Source: a virus (lineage: Duplodnaviria; Caudoviricetes). From it: a stretch of 64,000 nucleotides of DNA. Made by a program: the position numbers and the translations under genes. The notes under the pieces were generated by a model that searched no databases, was not told the origin of the DNA, and was given only the letters and a program-made list of their open reading frames with translations. The DNA is taken from the IMG/VR virus record IMGVR_UViG_3300014205_000173. One strand, given 5' to 3'. Each line of letters starts with the position of its first letter. The first letter of the stretch is position 1. Shown one piece after another: positions 1 to 10,302 of the stretch.

Positions 1-460
1 ATTTTTCTCTTCTAATTAAATTACTGTTTAAATCATATTCTCTTTTTTCCCAACAACCATTTACATCTTCTATTTTGATTGTATTATTATTTTCATCATA
101 TTCATATTTTTCCCAATAACCGCTATAATATTCTATTTTAATTACTTTTCCCCTATCATTAAACTCATATTTTTTACCATTTTTTTCTAATTTTAAATTA
201 GAAAGACTAACTTCTTCTAAAATCTTAATCTTATCTGTTACTGACTTATCATATTCAGTTTTAATATCTCCTAAAGCTTCTATTTTAAAAACTTTAATAT
301 CTTTATTTGGAGGATAATAACGAAATGCATCAATTAAATCTTGACAGAAATGAAAGCCATTCAAACACATTATTAATTCACCATCTAAAATATATGTTTG
401 TCCAACTTCATAAAGTTGATCTTTACATTTACCATTTCTAGTTGCTTTATATCCAATCAT
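1..460 (-). CDS. MIGYKAT-family paralog (DUF7666-like N-terminus + YD-like ~23-aa repeats), runs off window
   Basis: ATG at 460-458 reads MIGYKATRNGKCKDQLYEVGQTY; same GFHFC motif and repeats as the other paralogs; open to position 1. Confidence 0.85.
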   Translation of the reverse strand, partial: MIGYKATRNGKCKDQLYEVGQTYILDGELIMCLNGFHFCQDLIDAFRYYPPNKDIKVFKIEALGDIKTEYDKSVTDKIKILEEVSLSNLKLEKNGKKYEFNDRGKVIKIEYYSGYWEKYEYDENNNTIKIEDVNGCWEKREYDLNSNLIRREK

Positions 461-465
461 ATTGA

Positions 466-1137
466 TTATCCTTTACCTCTTTCTATTTTAAGACGGTTAT
501 TACTTTCATCATATTCATATTTTTCCCAAAACCCAACAGAATCTTCTCTTTCAATTAAATAATTATTTTCATTATATTTATATTTCACCCAATATCCATT
601 ATCTTCTTCTCTTTTAATTTCATTGTTATTTTTATCATATTCAATTTTTTCCCAAGAACCATCCGATTTTTCTATTCTAATTAAATTACCATTTGAATCA
701 TATTCATATTTCCACCAAGAACCATTTATATCTTCTATTTTGATACAGTCATTGTTTTCATTATATTCATATTTTTCCCAATAACCGCTAGAACATTCTA
801 TTTTAATTACTCTTCCCCTATCATTAAATTCATATTTTTTACCATATTCTCTACCATTTTTTTTTAATTTTAAATTAGCGAGACTAACTTCTTCCAAAAT
901 CTTAATTTTATCTGTTACTGACTTATCATCATTAGTTATAGTATTTCCTAAAGCTTCTACTTTAAAAACTTTAGTATTTTTATTGGGAGGATAATAATCA
1001 AAAACATCAAACAAGTCTTCACAAAAATGAAATCCTTTTTTACACATTATTAATTCATCGTCTAAAACATATATTTGACCAACTTCATAAAGTTGATCTT
1101 TACATCTACCATTAATAGTTGCTTTGTATCCAATCAT
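466..1137 (-). CDS. MIGYKAT-family paralog
   Basis: MIGYKAT..C..GFHFC..VEALG..DKSVT domain followed by WEKYEYD.NNN.IK.E repeats. Confidence 0.9.
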   Translation of the reverse strand: MIGYKATINGRCKDQLYEVGQIYVLDDELIMCKKGFHFCEDLFDVFDYYPPNKNTKVFKVEALGNTITNDDKSVTDKIKILEEVSLANLKLKKNGREYGKKYEFNDRGRVIKIECSSGYWEKYEYNENNDCIKIEDINGSWWKYEYDSNGNLIRIEKSDGSWEKIEYDKNNNEIKREEDNGYWVKYKYNENNYLIEREDSVGFWEKYEYDESNNRLKIERGKG

Positions 1138-1142
1138 ACTAA

Positions 1143-1430
1143 TTATCCTTTAGTTATTTTATCTGGAACAAAAGATATTTCACATCCATCATCGGAAATA
1201 TTTAAGTTAAGAAATCCTCTAAAAACAGCTCTCCACAAGATACATCTAATATTGTCTCTCTTATATTGCTCTAATGCATTTATAATATCTTTTTCTGATA
1301 TATTCTCTTTAGTGTTTGAAATAGCTTTAGTTAAATTTTCAATACTTTCTATATCAGTTTTTATATTAATAGAATTTTCTATATCGTTTAAGAAACTTTC
1401 AAAATCATCTTCTGTGAAAACTATAGACAT
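1143..1430 (-). CDS. hypothetical protein
   Basis: ORF tiles with neighbours on the coding strand. Confidence 0.7.
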   Translation of the reverse strand: MSIVFTEDDFESFLNDIENSINIKTDIESIENLTKAISNTKENISEKDIINALEQYKRDNIRCILWRAVFRGFLNLNISDDGCEISFVPDKITKG

Positions 1431-1882
1431 TAGAATATACTTTTAACTTTCTTTTGTTCTTTTTTAGTACTTTTATTTTCAGTCATACTATCATCTTTTT
1501 TGATTGTATTTGGTATTAATTCAATATCTGGCAATTTAATATTTTTGTCTATTGCATTAACTAAAACCTCTGCATATGGTTTGTAGTCGTAAGCAATATT
1601 CTTTCCCTTTAAATATTTTATATTTAATAAAAGCCATTTTCTTTTTTTTTGTAGAATGTCAAGAAAATCTTCTCCCCATAACCACTTTTTAAAATTACTA
1701 ACAGCCTCTTCTTGAGAATCAACTTCAAAACCATTGTTTTGAATAGTAAAATCCCAAGGATTTCCCCAGTTACTATTTTTATGTAAATAGAAAGCATATT
1801 TTGTTTTTTGATTTTTGTATTCAACTAAAATAGGATCGCCCTCAAGAACATAAGGGTCCTTTTCTTCTATTTTGTTTTCCAT
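1430..1882 (-). CDS. DUF4326-like protein (degenerate)
   Basis: WGNPW and LKGKNIAY resemble the GNPF..LKGK.L.C pattern of 59443..59823, but without the Cys/His residues. Confidence 0.55.
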   Translation of the reverse strand: MENKIEEKDPYVLEGDPILVEYKNQKTKYAFYLHKNSNWGNPWDFTIQNNGFEVDSQEEAVSNFKKWLWGEDFLDILQKKRKWLLLNIKYLKGKNIAYDYKPYAEVLVNAIDKNIKLPDIELIPNTIKKDDSMTENKSTKKEQKKVKSIF

Positions 1883-1894
1883 TTTAAAAACTTT

Positions 1895-2416
1895 CTATTC
1901 TTCTTTTGACTCCAGCTTATCTTGAAGCATAGAAGAAACGTAATCTAATTCAGGATAACTTAAACAGTCAATGTCTACACCATCACCTAAATCTAATTCC
2001 TTTTCATATTCTTTTAAAGGTATCTCAAGTTCATCTAAAAGAGCAAATATCTCAAAACAAACCTCTTCGCACTTCAAACGATCTTGCTCAGTGCAATCAA
2101 AATCTACAGGTTGTCCTTGATATAAATTGAATATATCTTTAGATAATTCTTCAAAATCTTCTGGAGTAAAAGCAAACTCCATATCATCCTTACACATATC
2201 TAAAAAATCATTAAAAATACCAGCAACAGTTTGACAAATTTTTTCTGAAGAAAAATTCTTATTTACTTTTTTTATTAAGAAACGAACCTCTTCATTGTAA
2301 GATTCCTTTCCATGAGAAAGCGAATAACAATCAAGAACATCATGCTTTTGAAAAATCAATAAAAGTTTTTGATACATACTTAGGTTTTTGCTCATAGTGT
2401 AAGCCTCTAAAACCAA
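1895..2416 (-). CDS. hypothetical protein, paralog of 44865..45464
   Basis: Shared KHD..(ES/DE)Y..E N-terminus and LD.TE.D...C C-terminal segment. Confidence 0.65.
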   Translation of the reverse strand: MVLEAYTMSKNLSMYQKLLLIFQKHDVLDCYSLSHGKESYNEEVRFLIKKVNKNFSSEKICQTVAGIFNDFLDMCKDDMEFAFTPEDFEELSKDIFNLYQGQPVDFDCTEQDRLKCEEVCFEIFALLDELEIPLKEYEKELDLGDGVDIDCLSYPELDYVSSMLQDKLESKEE

Positions 2417-2457
2417 TTTATAAAATTAGTTTTCGAGAAAAAAAAAGAATATTCCTT

Positions 2458-2874
2458 TTAGATTTCTTTATTCTTCAAAGTATTGAATTTAATTTTAGGC
2501 TTTTTATCTAACCAATTTCCAACTAATTCAAGATTTTCTGGAGCCTCAAAATATCTCCATCCTTGAAATCCTTTTTGAGGAATAGGATTAATCCACATCC
2601 AAGAATCTGCGTTAATCAAAGCATGACATTTTCCACGGTATAACTTACCTGTTGTTTGGCAAACTTTATCTTCACTATCAACCCTAAAAACAACACCAAA
2701 TCCACGAATAAACCCATCTTCAACATAAAAGATTTTACTCCCAATATCTAATTCTTTTGGTTTCTTTGAAAAAGTTCTAAAATAAATTCCTCCACCAGAA
2801 TCAATACATTGTTTTGCTTCTTTTTCAGCAACATCTGAAAGTTTTTTTGGAGTAGTTACTAAAATATCTTTCAT
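2458..2874 (-). CDS. ASCH/EVE-like (PUA superfamily) protein
   Basis: G.IRGFG.V and P.PQKGFQGWRY motifs typical of ASCH-like domains. Confidence 0.55.
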   Translation of the reverse strand: MKDILVTTPKKLSDVAEKEAKQCIDSGGGIYFRTFSKKPKELDIGSKIFYVEDGFIRGFGVVFRVDSEDKVCQTTGKLYRGKCHALINADSWMWINPIPQKGFQGWRYFEAPENLELVGNWLDKKPKIKFNTLKNKEI

Positions 2875-3200
2875 TTTATAGTTTTAACTACCTCCACCTG
2901 TTTTTCTTTTTCAAACTCGTTAAATTTCAAATTATAGTAAAAACAAAAAGAAAGATAAAAACTTAAAAAGGCTAAATACATTGAAGTATATGCAACATAT
3001 TTCAATTTTAAATATAAGCACCTATCTGTAGCTAAAAGAAAAAGAACTCCAAAAATAAAATAAGAAATCTCAAACTGATTTTCACTAAATAAAATAGCAT
3101 TTAATGAAATTATAATGAAAAAAGGTATAAAAAATATATAAAACCTAAAAGGTTCTTCAAGACTATCAAATTTACTATAAAGTTTATGTGTAAACATCAA
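2871..3200 (-). CDS. membrane protein
   Basis: Three hydrophobic segments. Confidence 0.6.
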   Translation of the reverse strand: MMFTHKLYSKFDSLEEPFRFYIFFIPFFIIISLNAILFSENQFEISYFIFGVLFLLATDRCLYLKLKYVAYTSMYLAFLSFYLSFCFYYNLKFNEFEKEKQVEVVKTIK

Positions 3201-3225
3201 ACTCTTCCTTTCTACAATTTAAAAA

Positions 3226-3304
3226 TGGCCCGTCCGGCAGGACTCGAACCTGCGACCCTCAGCTTAGAAGGCTGATGCTCTCGATCCAACTGAGCTACGG
3301 ACGG
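3226..3304 (-). tRNA. tRNA-Arg(TCT)
   Basis: Cloverleaf; loop CT-TCT-AA, T-loop TTCGAGT, encoded CCA. Confidence 0.92.
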
Positions 3305-3316
3305 ACAATGTTTGAA

Positions 3317-3697
3317 CTATTTAATTTCTATTTTATCTGCTACTTTTTCAAAACTATCTTTAACATAAGATTTGGGAGGTTCATACGAAACAATATCTTC
3401 ATATTTAACCTCAGGATAATATTGTTCAACAAATTTTTTAAAAAGAAATTCAATATGATTAATTGAAGATTTCCTAAGGGCACCTAATGCTAAAGTAATA
3501 TCTTCTTTTGAGTTATAGTCCGGACGAACACCAATTTCCATTTTCTCAAAAGCCACACCTTCTTGTGGTTCAAAAATGTTTTTATTATTATATCCAAGAG
3601 TATGCTCTACACTATTCATGTCTTTATAATTAGAATATTCAGACAAAGAATATCCTGTATTTAATATGAAACACTTTCTACTCTCTTCTTTTTCCAT
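3317..3697 (-). CDS. hypothetical protein
   Basis: ORF downstream of a predicted promoter, with RBS. Confidence 0.7.
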   Translation of the reverse strand: MEKEESRKCFILNTGYSLSEYSNYKDMNSVEHTLGYNNKNIFEPQEGVAFEKMEIGVRPDYNSKEDITLALGALRKSSINHIEFLFKKFVEQYYPEVKYEDIVSYEPPKSYVKDSFEKVADKIEIK

Positions 3698-3728
3698 TTC
3701 TTTTTCCTTCAGTTAAATTTACAGTGAT

Positions 3729-3768
3729 TTTATACGACAAACACCTTTGTTTGTCAAACTCTGGCCTA
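3729..3768 (-). promoter_or_regulatory. sigma70-like promoter with upstream GGCC box
   Basis: TTGACA-17-TATAAA; GGCC at 3763-3766. Confidence 0.7.
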
Positions 3769-3787
3769 AAATGTAATTCCTTTTAAT

Positions 3788-4225
3788 TTAAACACCTACT
3801 TTAAAAGATGTTGGATCATCAACATATTCTGAATGTTTATTTTTTGCCATTTTTTTTATTTTTTGCCAACTAATCCAGAATGTTCTTTTTTTTGCATAAT
3901 TAGCCAATAACAATTTATTTTTAAAAACATTAACAATTAAAACACTATGATATGATTTTTTAATCCCACAAAATATACCAATTTCTACTGGAATATTTTT
4001 TTTTATCCAATTTATATCCCAAACTCCTTCTTCTGTATACATTCCAAGTCTTTTAATTTCCTTATCTATAGATCCACATCCATCCTTTATACAATCAAAT
4101 TTTTCACATAACTCTTTATATTGTAAAGAGTTTATTGCCGGAACTTCTATTTTAAAATGTCTAGCTGCATTCCAAACACTTACAAGTAAACATTCATTAT
4201 AAATTTGTTCATTTTGATATTTCAC
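3788..4225 (-). CDS. putative C39-like cysteine peptidase
   Basis: Q...ECLLVSV near the N-terminus and YHSVLIV, matching a papain-like Cys/His arrangement. Confidence 0.45.
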   Translation of the reverse strand: MKYQNEQIYNECLLVSVWNAARHFKIEVPAINSLQYKELCEKFDCIKDGCGSIDKEIKRLGMYTEEGVWDINWIKKNIPVEIGIFCGIKKSYHSVLIVNVFKNKLLLANYAKKRTFWISWQKIKKMAKNKHSEYVDDPTSFKVGV

Positions 4226-4288
4226 TAATTATTCTCATTATAACTTATAATGAGAGTATTAACGATTTATGTTTGGCCATAAAAAATA

Positions 4289-4363
4289 TACTCCCACCCA
4301 GATTCGAACTGGGGACAACAGATTTAGGAAATCTGTGCTCTAATCCAACTGAGCTATGGGAGT
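4289..4363 (-). tRNA. tRNA-Arg(CCT)
   Basis: Stem CAGAT/ATCTG, loop TT-CCT-AA; CCA not encoded. Confidence 0.9.
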
Positions 4364-4407
4364 AATTTTTAATCATATTCCAATTCTTTTAAAATTCCCT
4401 TCTTTAA

Positions 4408-4935
4408 TCATACGTCATTTTTAATAAGATTATTGTATTTATCATATTCGTATACGAAACAAAAACCATAAGAATTTTCAAATTTAATACAATTGTTGTT
4501 TTCATCATATTTCCATTTTTCCCAAGAACCACTAGAAGTTTCTTCTTTTATTAAATTGTTATTTTTATCATATTCACGTTTTGCCCAAGAACCATCAGAA
4601 TTTTCTATTTTAATATAATTACCTTTATTGTTAAAATACTTTTTACTACCATATTTTTCTAATACCATATTGCTTAAATCAACTTCTTCTAAAATCTTAA
4701 TCTTATCTGTTACTGACTTATCACCTTCAGTATCAATATTACCTAAAGCTTCTACTTTAAAGATTTTAAGATCTTTATTTGTAGCATAATAAGAAAATAC
4801 ATCATATAAATCTTGGCAGAAATGAAAGCCGTTTTCACATATTACTAATTGACCATCTAAAGTATACGTTTGATCAACTTCATAAAGTTTGTAGTTAAAA
4901 CATTTTCCATTATAAGTTGCTTTATAGCCAATCAT
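4408..4935 (-). CDS. MIGYKAT-family paralog
   Basis: Same N-terminal domain and repeats. Confidence 0.9.
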   Translation of the reverse strand: MIGYKATYNGKCFNYKLYEVDQTYTLDGQLVICENGFHFCQDLYDVFSYYATNKDLKIFKVEALGNIDTEGDKSVTDKIKILEEVDLSNMVLEKYGSKKYFNNKGNYIKIENSDGSWAKREYDKNNNLIKEETSSGSWEKWKYDENNNCIKFENSYGFCFVYEYDKYNNLIKNDV

Positions 4936-4940
4936 ATTAA

Positions 4941-5507
4941 TTATCCTATTCCATATTCTGTTTTAATTATATTGTTACTTTTATCATATTTTGTTTTAAT
5001 TATATTGTTATTTTTATCATATTCAAATTTACACCAAGAACCATAAGAATTTTCTTCTTTAATGCATTTATTGTTTTCATCATATTCATACCTTATGCAA
5101 GATCCATAAGAATCTTCTCTTTTAATTCTATTTCCATTTGAATCATACTCATATTTAAACCAAGTACCATCAGGATCTTCTCTTTTAATATAATTACCTT
5201 TATCATCAAAATATCTTTTAATACCATATCTTTCTATAATCAAATTGTTTAAATTTACTTCTTCCAAAATATTAATCTTATCAGTAACTGATTTATCTTT
5301 TTCTGTTTTAATATTACCTAAAGCTTCTACTTTAAAAACTTTAACATCTTTATCTGGATGATAATATTCAAATACATCAAATAAATCTTTACAAAAATGG
5401 AAACCTCTTGCGCACATTAATAATTCGCCATCTAAAGTATATGTCTTACCAACTTCATAAAGTTGGTTTAAGCATTTCCCATTATAAGTTGCTTTATAAC
5501 CAATCAT
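4941..5507 (-). CDS. MIGYKAT-family paralog
   Basis: Same N-terminal domain and repeats. Confidence 0.9.
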   Translation of the reverse strand: MIGYKATYNGKCLNQLYEVGKTYTLDGELLMCARGFHFCKDLFDVFEYYHPDKDVKVFKVEALGNIKTEKDKSVTDKINILEEVNLNNLIIERYGIKRYFDDKGNYIKREDPDGTWFKYEYDSNGNRIKREDSYGSCIRYEYDENNKCIKEENSYGSWCKFEYDKNNNIIKTKYDKSNNIIKTEYGIG

Positions 5508-5518
5508 ATTAATTATCC

Positions 5519-6838
5519 TTATAATTTCTTTGGCTTGGAAACAAGATTGTAAACAACTTTATGCTCATCTATATTGCTAAGGTAAATATGAGAAAAAGAC
5601 CAATGAATTGCTTCTTCATCTAGAGTATCAATCCAAGAAACTAAATAATACTCATTATTATTAAGACCTAATCTTATTGCAAGTCCCTCTACAAGAGACT
5701 GATCTTCTGTATTTAAAAAATGAAGTATTTCTCTACCACTACGCAATTTAACCGCCAAACCAATTCTATTATCTTTTTTCATTTTTTCTCTATTCTATCT
5801 TTTTTTACAAAATAAAGCTACACTGACGGAAATATAGGATCTTCCTCTATACTTTGAATATCTTCAGGTTTAAACCATCTTGGTTTTCCTCTCTTTCCAA
5901 GCCAATAATATGGCGTTCCATCTCCTTTAAATTCAGCGGAAGCACAAGAAAGACAAATTTTATTACGCCCAAAAGAAATTTTTACAAGACGCCCAAGATA
6001 AACAGCACCATCTGGCTTATTTTTCCTAGCCACTCTTTTTATTTTCACATGCTTTAAATGAAACGGTTTAAAATCTCTTAATTCCATAATATTTTACCTT
6101 GCTTGTTTTTCTAATACAACAAGATCCTCTTCTATTTTCATCCCAGATCCCAATGGTGTAATAGTATAAACTATACTATCATTTATCTCAATACTAATAC
6201 GCTCTCGCTTATTTGAATATCCAACAAAATAAGACTTATAATATCCACTACTAACAGTAAGGTCTCGAACAACAACAACCTGTTTGATTTTTCCATCCAT
6301 ATAACTAATTGAATACCAAGTATACATATTTGCTTTATCACAACCAACAAGCAAGAATAAAAGAATATATAATGAAAACAGCATTGCATAGATTCTTTTC
6401 ATATTAGTCTTTCTTTTCTTTATTTTTTTCTTTATTCATTTCATCTCTAAAAAGTTTCGCTTTTTTATTCCATACTTCAGCTTGCTCCTCTGACATTTCT
6501 GCAAGATACTTATAATTTAATTGTTTTAAAATATGTGAATCACCATCTAAAGATCTATTTAAATATTCCTCAAATTTAAGTTTCAATTCTTTCCAAAAAG
6601 ATTCGCTATATTCTGGAATATTACTATTTAATGCATGATCACACTCAAACGAATTAAACAAACTAATACATTTACATAAAGCCATTCTTAAAATCCCTAG
6701 GGATGTATTTATATGGCTATTTTTTCTGTTAAACTCCGCTTCAGCATAATCAAAACCATTGCTAAATGCGATTTTTTCACGAAGATCTAGATATGACCAA
6801 TACTCTAAATCACTTGACTTGTTTTTTTCATCATTCAT
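5519..6838 (-). CDS. four small hypothetical proteins (5519-5782, 5818-6087, 6094-6402 probable lipoprotein, 6404-6838)
   Basis: Tightly tiled ORFs; 6094-6402 has a hydrophobic signal and LVGC lipobox. Confidence 0.65.
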
Positions 6839-6846
6839 AAAAAATC

Positions 6847-7383
6847 CTATAAAAAATTATATTTAGTTTTAATTAATTTATTGTTTTTTCCATATTCGTA
6901 TGTATATATATTCCCACATGAATCTTCTTCTTCAATTAAATTGTTTTTATTATCATATTTATATGTTACCCAAAAGTCATTAGAAGTTTTTTCTTCTATT
7001 AAATTGTTATTTTTATCATATTTATATTTTGAAAAACCACCATATGGATAGTCAACCCTAATTAAATTTGAATTTTTATTAAATCTGAATTTGTTATTAT
7101 TCTTTTTAATTCTTCTATTAGCCAAACTAACTTCCTCTAAAATCTTAATCTTATTAGTTACAGATTTATCGCCTTCAGTTTTAATATTGCCTAAAGCTTC
7201 TACTTTAAAAACTTTAAGTCCCTTTTCATTAGGCTCATAATAGTTGAATACATCATATAAACATTTACAAAAGTGAAAACCTTTTTCACACATTTTCATT
7301 TTGCCATCCAAAGTATATGTTTTACCAAGTTTATATAATTGGTTTTTACATTTACCATTAATGGTTGCTTTATAACCTATCAT
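6847..7383 (-). CDS. MIGYKAT-family paralog
   Basis: Same domain; close relative of 7442..7987. Confidence 0.9.
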   Translation of the reverse strand: MIGYKATINGKCKNQLYKLGKTYTLDGKMKMCEKGFHFCKCLYDVFNYYEPNEKGLKVFKVEALGNIKTEGDKSVTNKIKILEEVSLANRRIKKNNNKFRFNKNSNLIRVDYPYGGFSKYKYDKNNNLIEEKTSNDFWVTYKYDNKNNLIEEEDSCGNIYTYEYGKNNKLIKTKYNFL

Positions 7384-7441
7384 ATTGTTAGTCCAAATTA
7401 TGCCTAGAGGTATAGTCGTTCATAAAAAAGTATACAAAACA

Positions 7442-7987
7442 TTATTTTACATTAGTTTTAATTAGTTCATTATTTTTCCCATATATATATGTTAATATAT
7501 TGCCATCACAATCTTCTTCTTCAATTAAATTATTTTTATTATCATATTTATATTTATTCCAATATCCCTCAGAAGTTTTTTCTTCTATTAAATTTCTATT
7601 TTTGTCATATTTAAATGTTGAATAACTATTAAAACTAAATGGACGATCAACTCTAATTAAGTTTGAATTTTTATCAAATCTATATTTATATTTATCTTTT
7701 TGAATTCTACGGTTAGAAAGATTGACTTCTTCTAAAATCTTAATTTTATTAGTAACTGATTTATCTCCAATAGTTATAATTTTCCCTAAAGCTTCAACTT
7801 TAAAGATTTTAATACCTATTTCATCAGGTTCGTAATAGTTAAATACATCAAACAAATCTTTACAGAAATGAAAGCCACTATAACACATTTCTAATTTACC
7901 TCTTAATGTGTAAGTTTTACCAAGTTTATATGTTTTATTTTTACACTTACCATTAATGGTTGCTTTATAACCTATCATATTAGTCAT
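7442..7987 (-). CDS. MIGYKAT-family paralog (likely start 7978)
   Basis: Same domain and repeats. Confidence 0.9.
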   Translation of the reverse strand: MTNMIGYKATINGKCKNKTYKLGKTYTLRGKLEMCYSGFHFCKDLFDVFNYYEPDEIGIKIFKVEALGKIITIGDKSVTNKIKILEEVNLSNRRIQKDKYKYRFDKNSNLIRVDRPFSFNSYSTFKYDKNRNLIEEKTSEGYWNKYKYDNKNNLIEEEDCDGNILTYIYGKNNELIKTNVK

Positions 7988-8708
7988 CCAGATTATGTCT
8001 AGAGGTATAATCGTTAATTTGCTCTTGGGTATATCCTCTTTGCTTTAATTTTTTTTCAGCTTCTTCAACAACAGAATCTATTGTGTGATCATCACCACAA
8101 TTATTTAGTAATTCTTTATTAGTTGTTTTTTCATCAAAATAAAAACCCATAAGTAAATTCCCTGTTATAATTTTTACACCCAAAAATCACATGGTAAAAC
8201 TTTCTTTACAATATTATCACTAATATATTTCTTAATTTCACTTGGTTTAAGTCCTCCATGCCAACACCATGACTTATATCTAAGCTTTTCTAAACATGAA
8301 ACACTTATTCCCATTAAGTCTGCTATATGTATGTTTTTTCGAATTCCATATGGATTCCAAATAGCAACAAAACTACGACCAATTGAATAATTATAAATCT
8401 TTTCATCTATGTGAATTTTTCTTTTATTCATTTTACTATTCTAAAATACTTTCAGTTAATGCATCCTTAAACCTATCAAATAATTGATAGGTGTTTTTAG
8501 AAGAATCACTGATTGCCTCTTCAACAAGTTCTGGATGAACATAACCCATCAAGATTCCCTTTCTAAAAGCTTCTTCGGTCGCAGAATAAATGTCCTGTAA
8601 TACACCTTGATCTTCAACCGTAATATCTAATTCCCAAGCTTTTACAATTTCTTTACTGTAATTTTCTATCATTTTATTTTTCCTTATGTTGTATTTTATT
8701 AAAGCCAA
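7980..8708 (-). CDS. three small hypothetical proteins (7980-8183, 8174-8431, 8436-8708)
   Basis: Overlapping or abutting ORFs on the coding strand. Confidence 0.6.
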
Positions 8709-8714
8709 TTTAAT

Positions 8715-8791
8715 TGGTGGACCGGGTGAGAATCGAACTCACAACCAAATGCCTGCAAAGCACTTTCGCTAACCTTAGAACATGCCAGCCC
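8715..8791 (-). tRNA. tRNA-Ala(TGC)
   Basis: Loop TT-TGC-AG; acceptor GGGCTGG/CCGGTCC with the G3:U70 Ala determinant; CCA. Confidence 0.85.
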
Positions 8792-8797
8792 AAAAAA

Positions 8798-8873
8798 TGG
8801 TGCCAATTCCCCGAGTCGAACGGGGGACGCTCTGCGCTTCAAGCAGACGCTCTACCAACTGAGCTAAATTGGC
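8798..8873 (-). tRNA. tRNA-Phe(GAA)
   Basis: Stem TCTGC/GCAGA, loop TT-GAA-GC; CCA. Confidence 0.92.
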
Positions 8874-8921
8874 ACAATTCATTTAACTAAACATACTACA
8901 TTAAATCAAGAAAATAGGCCA

Positions 8922-9110
8922 CTAATTACATTTTTGGACACTATTCTTTAAAATCCATTCTTTTTTAAAAGAATGTGAATAATTTTCAATCCAATCAAGC
9001 AAGGCTTCTTGTCCTAAATCAAAGCCAACCTTTTCACTTTCAATCCATTTATGACGATTCATTTCACTTATTTCATCTTTAAGAAAGTTTACCAAATCAC
9101 CTTGATTCAT
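8922..9110 (-). CDS. DUF4032-like small protein
   Basis: EI..HKWIESEKVGFDLG.EA..DW motif. Confidence 0.6.
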   Translation of the reverse strand: MNQGDLVNFLKDEISEMNRHKWIESEKVGFDLGQEALLDWIENYSHSFKKEWILKNSVQKCN

Positions 9111-9138
9111 ATCTTATTTACCATTTTGTAAATTGAAA

Positions 9139-9468
9139 TTAAATTTCAAGGAAAGGGTTTAATTCTTCTTTTAATTCTTCTTTTAATTCTTCTTTTAATT
9201 CTTCTTTTAATTCTTCTTTTAATTCTTCTTCCAAAACAAATGTTTTTTTATTACGAATGTTTTTTTCGTTGAGTAGATTTGTAAGCATAATTTTACTACT
9301 ATTAATCTGTCTTTCGATGGCTAATTTTTCTAAACCTAATCTAAGGCTTCTTGTTTCTTCTGTCCATCCAGATCTTCTAATTTCTGCCAATAAAAAAGTT
9401 TCATACATTAAATATTCAGCATCGCTTAAATATTCACGAACAGCTTGCGGTCCCAAATTTCTTGGCAT
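9139..9468 (-). CDS. hypothetical protein with EELK repeats
   Basis: ORF ending (EELK)n-NPFLEI. Confidence 0.7.
   Translation of the reverse strand: MPRNLGPQAVREYLSDAEYLMYETFLLAEIRRSGWTEETRSLRLGLEKLAIERQINSSKIMLTNLLNEKNIRNKKTFVLEEELKEELKEELKEELKEELKEELNPFLEI
9158..9230. repeat. 12-bp tandem repeat (TTTAATTCTTCT) x~6
   Basis: Directly visible; encodes EELK. Confidence 0.9.
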
Positions 9469-9756
9469 TTAAAACTCCGAAGAAGCAAAATATCCCTTAC
9501 AGGATTTAATTGTCCATTCCTCAATCGTTTGAGTTACTCCACCCAAAGAACATTCATCATAAAGAGTAAAGAGGTCTGAATACTCTTTCTCATACCAACC
9601 ATTAAAATCAATTATTCTTTTACAACTATCATCTAAAGATACATAAGAAATATTTTCTCCATATAACATTTTACACATAATTTCTTTTGCTTCTTCAGTG
9701 TCTTCTGCAACAACAAAGTCAATACCATTTGTAAACATTTTAAGGTTAATCACCAT
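9469..9756 (-). CDS. hypothetical protein
   Basis: ORF with GGAGG RBS. Confidence 0.7.
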   Translation of the reverse strand: MVINLKMFTNGIDFVVAEDTEEAKEIMCKMLYGENISYVSLDDSCKRIIDFNGWYEKEYSDLFTLYDECSLGGVTQTIEEWTIKSCKGYFASSEF

Positions 9757-9792
9757 TTAAATTTCCTCCAAATTAGTATTGTTTGTTTAAGT

Positions 9793-10302
9793 CTATTTCA
9801 GTTCTTTCATAATCTTTAATTTATTTTTTCTTTCTTTTTTTAATTCAAGATCTATTTCTTTTTTTATTTTATAGTATTCTTTTTGTTTGTCTTTCTTCTT
9901 TTTCTTGTCATCTTCAAACTTTTTAACATATGCTTCCAATTCTTCTTTATATTCATCGGAATACAAATAATTAACTGGAATAGTTTCATTTAAAAAGTAT
10001 TGCCAAAAATAAAAAAAATCTTTCTTATCAATGACATTTGTGATAATGATATTTGAAATAAATGCTGGTTTCCCCTTCTCATACGATATTTCTACTTCTC
10101 CCATTTCACCTTCTTTAGCTCCATCAAAATACCAATTAACAGTAATGTCATAATCAAACAGACATAAGATATAGGAAAGAATATTACCTATTCTATCTAC
10201 AATCTTTTCTTCTATAATATATTTACTTTTTATTAAATTCTTATATTCAAGTAATTCTTCTTTGCTCAACATTTCACTCATTAGTAGATGTCTCCAATTC
10301 AA
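9793..10302 (-). CDS. hypothetical protein, paralog of 11217..11732
   Basis: Shared WYFDGAKEG.MGE and YL.SD.YKE motifs. Confidence 0.75.
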   Translation of the reverse strand: MNWRHLLMSEMLSKEELLEYKNLIKSKYIIEEKIVDRIGNILSYILCLFDYDITVNWYFDGAKEGEMGEVEISYEKGKPAFISNIIITNVIDKKDFFYFWQYFLNETIPVNYLYSDEYKEELEAYVKKFEDDKKKKKDKQKEYYKIKKEIDLELKKERKNKLKIMKELK

